DNA of 64,000 bases from IMG/VR virus record IMGVR_UViG_3300020473_000013, positions 160,854 through 224,853 of that record; one strand, given 5' to 3'. Shown in pieces: positions 28,491 through 36,976 of the stretch. The position numbers were made by a program, and so were the translations under genes. The notes beneath the pieces were generated by a model. It was not told where the DNA came from. It did not search any database and saw only the letters and a program-made list of their open reading frames with translations. The number at the start of each line of letters is the position of its first letter. Position 1 is the stretch's first letter.

Positions 28491-28494
28491 CGAT

Positions 28495-28518
28495 CGGGGG
28501 CCTAGCGCCCCCGTTTTT
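28495..28518 (+). terminator. Intrinsic terminator
   Basis: CGGGGGC-CTAGC-GCCCCCG followed by TTTTT. Confidence 0.8.
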
Positions 28519-28566
28519 GTTGGCCGTCCTTTTCTAATTTACCGCATCTTTACAGGAGGCAAACCA

Positions 28567-30204
28567 ATGACCGAGATCGTTATAAGCGGTTTCGAGTCCT
28601 TGTCGTTCTCTAATCCGAGCTCCGTCCGCAAATCACGCAACAGTAAAGGTGGCGGTGTTCAGAAGAAGCGCAAGGGCGCGACAACGCGCTTAGGTAAGGA
28701 CCAGTTTCTCAAGCTGTCCAGCAAGGAGCAGGAACGCTATCTGGAGACGTTCCCCAAATCCAGCCACCGCAATCTAATCGGCGGCAAGGAAAAGGACTCC
28801 TCTCCTGAGCCTGAGAAAGAAGCCAAGAAGCCGAAGACTGGCAAGGCTCCCGAAGATCAAGCACCTGCTAAAGGGAAGAAAAAGAAGGGAAAGAAAGCCA
28901 AGAAAAAGGAGCAGGACTTCCAAGTCAAGGACGAGAAGCCAAAGAAGATTTCTCACGAAGACTTCCTCAAGTTGAGCGAGAAGGAACAAAAAGCCTATAA
29001 GAAGGCTTATCCGAAAGACTCATTTACTCGCAAGCATCACGTTACCAAGAAAAAGAACATCGTCGAGCAAAACAAGACCGGCGATGCAGGTGAGACTGTC
29101 CTGGATGGCAGCGAGAAGTCTTCCACCTCCAAGCAGCGCAAAGCCGCAGAAAATAAGGCCTTGAAGCAAGGACGGGATGAGGCTAGAAAGGATGTGCGTC
29201 ACGGCGTTACTCAGGAAGCTACGGACGCGCTCAAGACCTCAAAGCCCGAGGATTTGAAGGCTGCGTCCAAGAACCTGAAAGATAACCGTGAGGACAACGT
29301 CCGCAACATCAAGAAGACGCTGCGGAATCGCCACGAGTTTGTGTCCTTCGATAAGAAGGAGATCAAGCGGGCTCAGGAGGCGATGCGTCGTGAAGCCAAA
29401 CGCGACGAGACGACGTGGAACAATCGCGACCTCAACAAGACCAAGAAGCTGCTGGAACGCTTGGAGAAAGGCGACACCCAAAAGCTGACCAAGCACGAGC
29501 GGGAGCTTCTGGAGCGTGTAGGCGAAAGCGCTCCCAAGAAGAAGGAACCGTTCTGGAAGCGGGACCTCAATACCTTAAAGCAGATCATGACAGGCGAGAA
29601 GGTGGAGCCCGAAGGTCGCAGTAACGCGATGTTGGCCCTCACCATGGTGTCTCGCTACGCCCTTCTGGCCGGAGGTGTTGCAGCCCTTTCCATCGGTGCG
29701 GCACCTGCCGCTCTCCACATCGCCCAGCACCTGTTCTCACAGTGGGATGACTTCACGGTCAACGCTTCCTCTGTAGAGGACATCGACGAGCACGCGGATG
29801 CCGACGCGGCTATCTATGCTGCGTATGATGCTGTGGCTGATACTCTGGCTCACATGGATCATGAGGAGTTTGTCGAGGACGTGACCAAGACGTTCCGAGA
29901 GTTCCGGTCCGAATCCAGTTCCGACGATATGTTGAGTAAGCTGATGGTGTTCCTTATGAACACAGGTGTCCACGTCAAAACACGTCGCCAGTACAGCTTA
30001 GGATTTCGCACGTCCCAGACAGAGGCGGCCCGCAACTGCCTAGACCGTTTCGCAACAGCTAACGGCTTCTCCCTCACGGCCGACAGCGATAACGTCGAGT
30101 ACAGCCGTAATCAGGAGCAGCTTACCATGCCGATCGGCAAGAGCGTCGTTCTGTATAACCCTGGCAACCTCGCGTTCGCCAAAGACATCGCAGGGAGGTC
30201 CTGA
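28567..30204 (+). CDS. Lys-rich protein with a hydrophobic hairpin (putative internal/ejection protein)
   Basis: AGGAGG RBS; duplicated FLKLS.KEQ..Y...P motif; ALLAGGVAALSIGAAPAAL hydrophobic segment. Confidence 0.7.
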   Translation: MTEIVISGFESLSFSNPSSVRKSRNSKGGGVQKKRKGATTRLGKDQFLKLSSKEQERYLETFPKSSHRNLIGGKEKDSSPEPEKEAKKPKTGKAPEDQAPAKGKKKKGKKAKKKEQDFQVKDEKPKKISHEDFLKLSEKEQKAYKKAYPKDSFTRKHHVTKKKNIVEQNKTGDAGETVLDGSEKSSTSKQRKAAENKALKQGRDEARKDVRHGVTQEATDALKTSKPEDLKAASKNLKDNREDNVRNIKKTLRNRHEFVSFDKKEIKRAQEAMRREAKRDETTWNNRDLNKTKKLLERLEKGDTQKLTKHERELLERVGESAPKKKEPFWKRDLNTLKQIMTGEKVEPEGRSNAMLALTMVSRYALLAGGVAALSIGAAPAALHIAQHLFSQWDDFTVNASSVEDIDEHADADAAIYAAYDAVADTLAHMDHEEFVEDVTKTFREFRSESSSDDMLSKLMVFLMNTGVHVKTRRQYSLGFRTSQTEAARNCLDRFATANGFSLTADSDNVEYSRNQEQLTMPIGKSVVLYNPGNLAFAKDIAGRS

Positions 30205-30548
30205 TGTCCCGTATTTCATACCGCTGCCTTCCTGAGGAGCGTGGTCTTCCTTTCGCGGAGAAAACTCGCTGGTACGTATATCACGGCGAGAGTTGCGTTG
30301 GGTGTATCAAGCTGAGCGATAGCGCACAGGCTCGCTCACCTAATCTGCGCGTCTGGCACCCTATTGTCCATGAACAGGCTTTCGATCCCATGGAGTTCCC
30401 GCATACAGATGACGGGCAAGGGTTCGCGGAACCGTTCGTGTTGACGAACGACACGGAGGACGAGCACAACCTCGAACTTCATTACCCCTCGCTGATGTCC
30501 ATGTACGAAGCCCGGCAATGGATTCGCAGCATCGTTAACCAGGAGTGA
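30204..30548 (+). CDS. Hypothetical protein
   Basis: TGATG coupling; GGAGG RBS. Confidence 0.7.
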   Translation: MSRISYRCLPEERGLPFAEKTRWYVYHGESCVGCIKLSDSAQARSPNLRVWHPIVHEQAFDPMEFPHTDDGQGFAEPFVLTNDTEDEHNLELHYPSLMSMYEARQWIRSIVNQE

Positions 30549-30555
30549 CTCCACC

Positions 30556-31302
30556 ATGAGCAATATGATGAAGTCGGTGAGCTTTAGTATCGGCGCACCG
30601 GCTACCGAACTGAAAGGCGTCAGCAACAAGAGCAAGGACGTCCGCCTCGGCAGCCAGGTAACAGGCGATGCTGAGCGTACAATCGACGCCAACCTTTGGC
30701 TCGGGCGTGCTGCGGAGCATTACCATATCAGCCCCAACCTGAGTGATTACATTCTGGTGCCGGTGCCTAGCGTGATCTCCGAGCTACCGAATACCAACGG
30801 CGACTCCGTTTCCACTGCCGAGCTGTTGCGCTTCCATCCGGAACTCGGTCAGCTCGCGTACCGATCGTGGGTGGGTAAACCGACTCACGTGGAGCACGAT
30901 AACCGCGACATCACCAAGGCCAAAGGTGTCATCTTCGACGTGTTCCTTCGTAAGCTGCCGAGCTTTGCCGGAGGCCACGTCAAGGTAATCAAGTTGCTCG
31001 GTTTCGACCGTACCAAGGACTCGGTTCTGTGCGACGCCATCCTGTCCAAGCGTGTAAATACGTATTCGCTTGGCATGTATTTCAAGGCGTACCAGTGCTC
31101 CATCTGCGGTAACGTCGTGTCGCAGAACTCTGGGGCGCCGTGCCAGCACACCCGCCCTCGCCGCAAGACGTATAAGCAGGTGGACGGCCGCCTCGCGTAC
31201 CGCAAGTGCCTGAACATTATCGGGTTTGAAACCTCGGTCGTAGCAGACCCGGCCTACTCAGTCGCGAACAGCGACCTGATTTTGGACCCGACCAACATGT
31301 AG
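30556..31302 (+). CDS. Prohead maturation protease (HK97/herpes-type fold) with a zinc-ribbon insert
   Basis: NGD, GKPTHVEHDN, NTYSLG, CSICGN...PCQH, FETSVVADPA; upstream of scaffold and capsid. Confidence 0.75.
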   Translation: MSNMMKSVSFSIGAPATELKGVSNKSKDVRLGSQVTGDAERTIDANLWLGRAAEHYHISPNLSDYILVPVPSVISELPNTNGDSVSTAELLRFHPELGQLAYRSWVGKPTHVEHDNRDITKAKGVIFDVFLRKLPSFAGGHVKVIKLLGFDRTKDSVLCDAILSKRVNTYSLGMYFKAYQCSICGNVVSQNSGAPCQHTRPRRKTYKQVDGRLAYRKCLNIIGFETSVVADPAYSVANSDLILDPTNM

Positions 31303-31310
31303 GAGGATTC

Positions 31311-31826
31311 ATGCTTACCCACATGGTGAGTTTGTCTAGCGTCAGTTGGGAAGTTAGCCCGTACACCGGAACCAAAGGCTGTTACGTGGCAATGCAACCC
31401 GACGATCCCAGCAAGCTGCGTATTATGGACCTGTGCGCACGCCTCGGTGTGGATACCGATCCGCGCAAGCTGCACAGCACCTTGATGTACAGCCCTGAGC
31501 TGGCCCCGGAACCTGATACGTTCACCAGCTATCCTTCACGCGCTACTGCGCAGTGTCGAAAGGTGGAATACTTTCCGGGTCACAACAACGCCGGCTACTT
31601 GGTGGCAACACTGGATAGCGATGATCTCCAGTCCGAGCATCTTCGACTCAAGGAGAACGGCGCGAAGCACACCTACGATCCTTACAAGCCGCACGTCACT
31701 CTAGCCTCCCACTTCGACATGACCGACGAGTTGGACGAGGCCATGCAGGCGATGAACATGGAACTGGGCGCTAACCCTGTCCAGTTCGGCTTCGATTCGT
31801 ACACGGTGAGCGACATCAAGGACTGA
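31311..31826 (+). CDS. acb1: 2H phosphoesterase, anti-CBASS nuclease Acb1 (T4 gp57B)-like
   Basis: GCYVA, LHSTLMYS, LVATLDSDDL..EH, GAKHTYDPYKPHVTL: two HxT motifs with Acb1-type spacing. Confidence 0.8.
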   Translation: MLTHMVSLSSVSWEVSPYTGTKGCYVAMQPDDPSKLRIMDLCARLGVDTDPRKLHSTLMYSPELAPEPDTFTSYPSRATAQCRKVEYFPGHNNAGYLVATLDSDDLQSEHLRLKENGAKHTYDPYKPHVTLASHFDMTDELDEAMQAMNMELGANPVQFGFDSYTVSDIKD

Positions 31827-31995
31827 TTTTTGCAGTCTATAATTTGTTACCATTGCAGCGATTCGAGGCTTGCTCAGAAGACCAACGCCGATTTCTGCAT
31901 TTGGTAATTTTAATGCAACGCACGATAAGTAGCGTGCATTTTTGCCGCGGCCCTAATCAGGGTCGCACCCTCCAACCTTCATGATAGGAACCGCT

Positions 31996-33936
31996 ATGAA
32001 AAAGTCCAACGTTACTCTCCGGGGTATCGTGGTCGCGGGCGATTCTCGGCAAGAAGCTGAGGATAACTACCGCGCTGTGGCTACTGGCGTTTCGGTGAAG
32101 GCGCTCCAGGATAAGGACAACGAGTTTGTCATTCTGAGCAACGCCGATTCCGAGCTGACCCTCATGAACCCGCTTAGCGGCGACATGAACCTGGTCGAAG
32201 CCAGTGACCTGCAGAACGACCACTTCGAGTTTCTAGCGTCCGATAGCGACGAGACGGTGACTACGCACTACACCCTCTGCGCCTCCGGATGTGGTTCGCA
32301 CATCATCGCCGATGATACCGAACTCATGGAACGCTGCCCCGTCTGCGCTTCCACTCTCGAAGACCTCAGCGCTGATGACATCGAGGAAGCCCTCAACGCC
32401 GAAGCCTCCGACGAGGAAGAGGAAGACTTCGATGAAGAAGTCGAGGCCTCCGATGACAGCAATGAAGGCGTCTCCACTCCTCTTCTGGTGGTGGCCGGTT
32501 CGTACAACGATGCTGTCGAAGCGTTCCGCTCCATCGCTAGCGGCGAAGCCGATACCGAAGGCTATGACTGTGGTGGCCTGACCATCGTGGCCGACGCAGA
32601 CTCGGACATCCAGTACAGCCCGTACAACGCCGAAGAAGCTGTGGCGTCCGAAGCTCCGGAAGGCTTCTCCGTCGAGGCTTCCACAAACGGCGATTACGCT
32701 GCTCACTGGTACATGTGTGCCAGCGACGAGTGCGGTGTTCATGTCGTGGCGTCCGATGATGAGCCCGTTTTCTGCCCCGTGTGCGCTTCAGGCCTGATCG
32801 AGCCTGACGAGGAAGATCAGCAGGAAGACGAGGTTACCGCTTCCGCCGAGGACGACGAGGAAGACTACGAGGCCGAACTCGAAGACGTGGCTCTGGCCGG
32901 CGACGACGAGGATGAAGAGGAAGACGAGCCCGACGACGAAGACGATGATGACGAAGACGACGAGGAGGATGACGACGAAGACGAAGACTTCGACGACGAG
33001 AACTCCATGTCTGTCTCCAGCGTCACCGTGGAAGACGACGAGGAAGACTTCAAGGGTGAAGCCTCTGCCGAGCACGAAGAAGCCGCAGCGTCCGCAGCTT
33101 CGGAGCCCGCTCCTCTGGAATCTGTGTCCACCGACCTGCTGGCGCTTGCGTCCGCTCAAGGTGAACTCTCCGTCGACCAGCTCGAAGTGGCGTTTGCCGG
33201 AGACATCGCTGGCGAGAGCACCTGGGTAGCGTTCCATGGTGGTAAGCCTGTGGCCACCGTCACCGCGTCCGGCACCAGTGCTCAATCCGAAGTCTTCAAT
33301 TCCAACGTATTCAGCAATCTGGTTCATGCCTCCGCTTCCGAGCAAGGTGTGAGCGCTGCGCTGGAGGAGCTGGGCTTCAAGCCGATCGAGGCATCCGTCG
33401 AAGTCGATTCCTATGTACAGAATGAAGTCTCCAGCCGAGTCGAGGCCGGTGTTTCTGATGTTCGTAGTAATTTCGAGAAGTCCAGCAGCGATCACGCTGC
33501 TCGCTTCGAGGCCGCCCTGGCGACCGCCGCCACCGGCATCAACAAGGGCTTCTTCGACAACGTGAACAACCCTGTTAAGGGAGCCCTCGTGGCCACCATG
33601 AGTTCTCTCGGTATCCGGAACCCGGAGCGCGTCGTTGCCTCGGCATTCGCCAAGCACAACGAGCAATACCTCCGCAATCTGGTCGCCAAGGCGAACGAGA
33701 TCATGGACTACGACGTGGAAGTGCAGAACCAGCTCACCAAGGCTGTCGCTTCTACTGCCGAAGAGCAAGTCGCTACGGCCAGCGCCGGTGAAGGTGAACA
33801 CCTGCCGATCGGCAAGCCCGTAACCTCCGCGAAACCCTCGGCCCGCCCGCAGGAAGACGCACCCTCGCAGGAAGCCACTGCATCCGCCGGCCCGAACCTG
33901 GACGCTGTTCTGGGTACCCTCGGCCGTCGGCGCTAA
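31996..33936 (+). CDS. Capsid scaffolding/core protein with two zinc-ribbon repeats and acidic tracts
   Basis: HYTLCASGCGSH...CPVCAS and HWYMCASDECGVH...CPVCAS; long D/E runs; lies between protease and capsid genes. Confidence 0.7.
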   Translation: MKKSNVTLRGIVVAGDSRQEAEDNYRAVATGVSVKALQDKDNEFVILSNADSELTLMNPLSGDMNLVEASDLQNDHFEFLASDSDETVTTHYTLCASGCGSHIIADDTELMERCPVCASTLEDLSADDIEEALNAEASDEEEEDFDEEVEASDDSNEGVSTPLLVVAGSYNDAVEAFRSIASGEADTEGYDCGGLTIVADADSDIQYSPYNAEEAVASEAPEGFSVEASTNGDYAAHWYMCASDECGVHVVASDDEPVFCPVCASGLIEPDEEDQQEDEVTASAEDDEEDYEAELEDVALAGDDEDEEEDEPDDEDDDDEDDEEDDDEDEDFDDENSMSVSSVTVEDDEEDFKGEASAEHEEAAASAASEPAPLESVSTDLLALASAQGELSVDQLEVAFAGDIAGESTWVAFHGGKPVATVTASGTSAQSEVFNSNVFSNLVHASASEQGVSAALEELGFKPIEASVEVDSYVQNEVSSRVEAGVSDVRSNFEKSSSDHAARFEAALATAATGINKGFFDNVNNPVKGALVATMSSLGIRNPERVVASAFAKHNEQYLRNLVAKANEIMDYDVEVQNQLTKAVASTAEEQVATASAGEGEHLPIGKPVTSAKPSARPQEDAPSQEATASAGPNLDAVLGTLGRRR

Positions 33937-33958
33937 CCCTCCTTTGGAGACATGAGAC

Positions 33959-34645
33959 ATGATCAACCAAAAGTACACTCGTCTTTTCAATACTGAGCAC
34001 CGTCCGGTCGAGACCGGCGTGATCATCCCCGATGAAGGCATCGCCCTCGTCTACACCAAGGAAGGCGACAAGACCGTCGTTCGTCCGTCCACCGGCGCCG
34101 CCGGCGAGCACTTTGCGGGCCTGAGCCTGTCGCGCAACGCTCCGCCGCTGTTCATGCCGTACATCGAAGAAGCCTCCGTCGAAGGCGAGTTCCTGGAGCT
34201 GCCGCGCACTCCGATCGCCGGCCAGATTCTGGTGAAGATCGGTGGCACCAAGGTCACCATCAACGCCGGTACCGACGCACCTGCCGATGCTTCCAGCGTC
34301 AGTCTCGATGACAACACCATCCGCTTCCACGCTGATCACGACGGCGAAGACCTGATGGTGCAGATGATGTACGAGCCGACCATCACCGAAGCACGGCAGT
34401 GGAAAGGCGACATGCCGGTCGGCGGTCTGCCCTCTTCCGCTCAGGGTATCATCGGTGTCATCACCAAGGGCGACGCCAGCACTACCTACTTCGACGCCTC
34501 TGCCGACTGGTCTGGCGCAATCAAGGCCAAGCTGGGCCCGGACGGCATCTTCACTACCGTCGGCTCTGGCGCTCAGGCCGAAGGCGTCACCGTGCTGCAA
34601 TCGCCGACCCCGGCGGTTCCGCTCCTCGTCCTCAACATCGACTGA
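33959..34645 (+). CDS. Head structural/decoration protein
   Basis: Immediately upstream of the MCP; strongly biased codons typical of high expression. Confidence 0.65.
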   Translation: MINQKYTRLFNTEHRPVETGVIIPDEGIALVYTKEGDKTVVRPSTGAAGEHFAGLSLSRNAPPLFMPYIEEASVEGEFLELPRTPIAGQILVKIGGTKVTINAGTDAPADASSVSLDDNTIRFHADHDGEDLMVQMMYEPTITEARQWKGDMPVGGLPSSAQGIIGVITKGDASTTYFDASADWSGAIKAKLGPDGIFTTVGSGAQAEGVTVLQSPTPAVPLLVLNID

Positions 34646-34696
34646 TCCCACTCCAGCGAAGATCAGCAGACCATTTTAATCACGGAGAACTGAATC

Positions 34697-35797
34697 ATGA
34701 CTCAACCGTACAAAGGCGCACGTATGGTGCTCGCCAGTGGCGATCCGATCGAAGAACTGCGCTTCGGCAACTCCAACCAGCGCGCGCTCGATCCGAAGAC
34801 CGGCGAGTTCAACGCCAACGACAAGGGCGAACTGGTCAATGCCATCAGCAACCTGATGTCGGCCTACGCCAGCGGTGAAGTTCGCGAACAGCAGCCTGCC
34901 GAGATGTCCAGCGCCGAGATTTCCGAAGCTCGTCGCGAAGTTCTCGCCAGCGCTCTGAACGACGCTACCGGTCAGGAGTGGGCAGCTCTGGGTTCCGGCC
35001 TCGCTCGCCAGATCGACTCTGAGACCAGCCGTCAGGGCTTCCTGCGTCGCATCGCTCAGGGCCAGACCCTGCGCCAGGGTGAAGTGCCGCGTGTTCCGAT
35101 GCCCGCGCACGACAGCATCGCCATCGTCGCCACCAACGCTTCGTCTGTCGGCTACCAGACCATCCGTCAGCGCGTGTTCACTCCGGACGAGTTCGAGATT
35201 CAGGCGAACGTCCGCGTCGAGAACCTGGACATCGAACAGGTGAACGGCGATCTGCTGGAGCACGCCTACAACGACGGCCTGCAGGCTGTGATGGTTCAGG
35301 AAGACCGCCTGTGGAAAGACGCTGCTGACAAGACCGTCGGTGTCGTGAACGATCTGGAGTACATCGCTGGCGAGCTGACTACCCGCAACCTGGGTAATCT
35401 GCGTCAGGCCGTGGCCCGCTGGAACCTGCCGGTCAACACCGCCATCATCAGTAACGACTACTGGGCGGACATCATCGGCAGCCAGGACTTCGCTACCTTC
35501 CTCGATCCGATCACCAAGTACGACTTGGCTCTGAACGGTCAGATCGGTACTCTGGTCGGCATGCAGCTCCTGACTGACGCCTTCCGTCAGCCGAACCAGA
35601 AGGTCCTCGGCAGCGGCGAAATCTACGTCGTCGCCAGCCCGGAGAACCACGCTGCCTACTCCACCCGTGGCGGCATCCGGTCCACTCCGACCTCCGGTGC
35701 CAACGCCGGTAACAGCACGCGCGGCTGGTTCATGACTGAGCCGTTTTCTTTTGTACTCGCCAACAGCCGCTCCGTGGCGAAAGGCAAGCGGGTCTAA
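34697..35797 (+). CDS. Major capsid protein (HK97 fold)
   Basis: 366 aa, extreme codon bias; RQGFLRRI..Q.L.QGEVPR, QEDRLW, GQIGTLVGM; position after protease and scaffold. Confidence 0.85.
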   Translation: MTQPYKGARMVLASGDPIEELRFGNSNQRALDPKTGEFNANDKGELVNAISNLMSAYASGEVREQQPAEMSSAEISEARREVLASALNDATGQEWAALGSGLARQIDSETSRQGFLRRIAQGQTLRQGEVPRVPMPAHDSIAIVATNASSVGYQTIRQRVFTPDEFEIQANVRVENLDIEQVNGDLLEHAYNDGLQAVMVQEDRLWKDAADKTVGVVNDLEYIAGELTTRNLGNLRQAVARWNLPVNTAIISNDYWADIIGSQDFATFLDPITKYDLALNGQIGTLVGMQLLTDAFRQPNQKVLGSGEIYVVASPENHAAYSTRGGIRSTPTSGANAGNSTRGWFMTEPFSFVLANSRSVAKGKRV

Positions 35798-35837
35798 TCT
35801 CCCGACCCGGAGATACCGAGCACGATGTAAAGAGTAC

Positions 35838-35921
35838 AGGGTATCGTGAGGACAAGGCCGGCCAGCCCTGTCGCTTCCCTGAGTGACTAACTCACGGTAC
35901 CCTTCTTATTGTTTCAGGGGA
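35838..35921 (+). ncRNA. Structured leader RNA (three-way junction, copy 1) upstream of the endonuclease
   Basis: P1 35838-35850/35891-35903, GAC, P2, P3 GTCGCT/AGTGAC, TAA; loop CCCTGA is complementary to TCAGGG at the RBS. Confidence 0.6.
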
Positions 35922-35929
35922 CAATCATC

Positions 35930-36943
35930 ATGCGAAGCGATTTTTATGTCTATGCACTTCTCGATCCGAGAAAGCCAGGCAAGTACCGTTACGGTAAACT
36001 CAGGTTCGACTATGAACCGTTCTACGTCGGAAAAGGATGCGGTAAAAGGCACGACGCTCACTTCAAGGTAAATCCTTCGAAGGTCTACAACAAGTGGAAG
36101 GATCGGAAGATACGTCGCATTCAGAAAGAAACAGGAAGCGACCCTATCGTCCGTATTTTGAAACGCGACGTTGTAGAGTCAACTGCCTTCCGCCTCGAAG
36201 CTAAAGCCATAGGGCTGATAGGGCGCAAGGGATCAGGCCCTCTCACCAACCTTACAGACGGCGGTGAAGGAACATCTGGCAGAGTGGCTTCCGCTGCTCA
36301 GCGATTGAAGAATGCGGCTTCATGCCGTAGAGTTCGATTGACCATGCCTAAAGGTAGACAGCAGCTATGGTTCAAGAGAATATCCGAAGCCAGCAAGCGT
36401 AGAACGCTAGAAGAACGGGCAGCACTCAGCAAGCGGTATAGCGACATCCAGCACAACCTGCCGGAAGACGTTGACGCCAAACGCCGTGCAGCTCTATCCA
36501 AGTCGAACAAGCGGTACCGTGAATCTATGACGGAGGAACAACGCGAAGCCGAGTCGAGAACCCTGTCCAGTGCAGTCTCCCGATATTGGGAATCAGCATC
36601 CGACGAGGAACGAAAGTCTCGCAGCGACGCGATCCGCCGTGGGTATGCCTCAAAGGCCAGATCGGAAGTAGAAGCAAAGAACCAGAAGATTGCCAATGCC
36701 ATCAAGCAACAACACAGCTCAGCCTCTCCGTTTGACAAGCGGATGCGTAGCTTCAACGTGATGGCAGGTGTCATGGTTCGTAACAGCGTTAACTCTGGCG
36801 AGATTGATCCTGCCGATGCGGATACGATCAAGGCACGCCTCAAAGTGTCTGCCACCAAGTTCTACTCGAAAGAGCATAATTTGGAGCGTGAACCCAAAGC
36901 CCTTCGGGAAAAGGTTCGCAACGTTATCGCCCAGTATGCGTAG
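35930..36943 (+). mobile_element. Free-standing GIY-YIG (LEM-3-like) homing endonuclease gene
   Basis: FYVYALLDPR...PFYVGKG.GKR..AH, LTNLTDGGEG, then helical NUMOD-like repeats; atypical A-rich codon usage. Confidence 0.85.
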
Positions 36944-36976
36944 CCATAAATATCGCTTCGTGTGTTGATTTTTCCT

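Noticed and set aside
32800-33060. GAC/GAA/GAG trinucleotide-like repeats (also near 23830-23900 and 37550-37650)
   Set aside because: They encode Asp/Glu tracts within proteins and are not a DNA repeat array.
35838-35903. Hammerhead or twister ribozyme
   Set aside because: CTGAGTGA is not followed by a GAAA core. The UAA/GA pair resembles twister L1, but the short P2, P4 and T1/T2 pseudoknots are missing.
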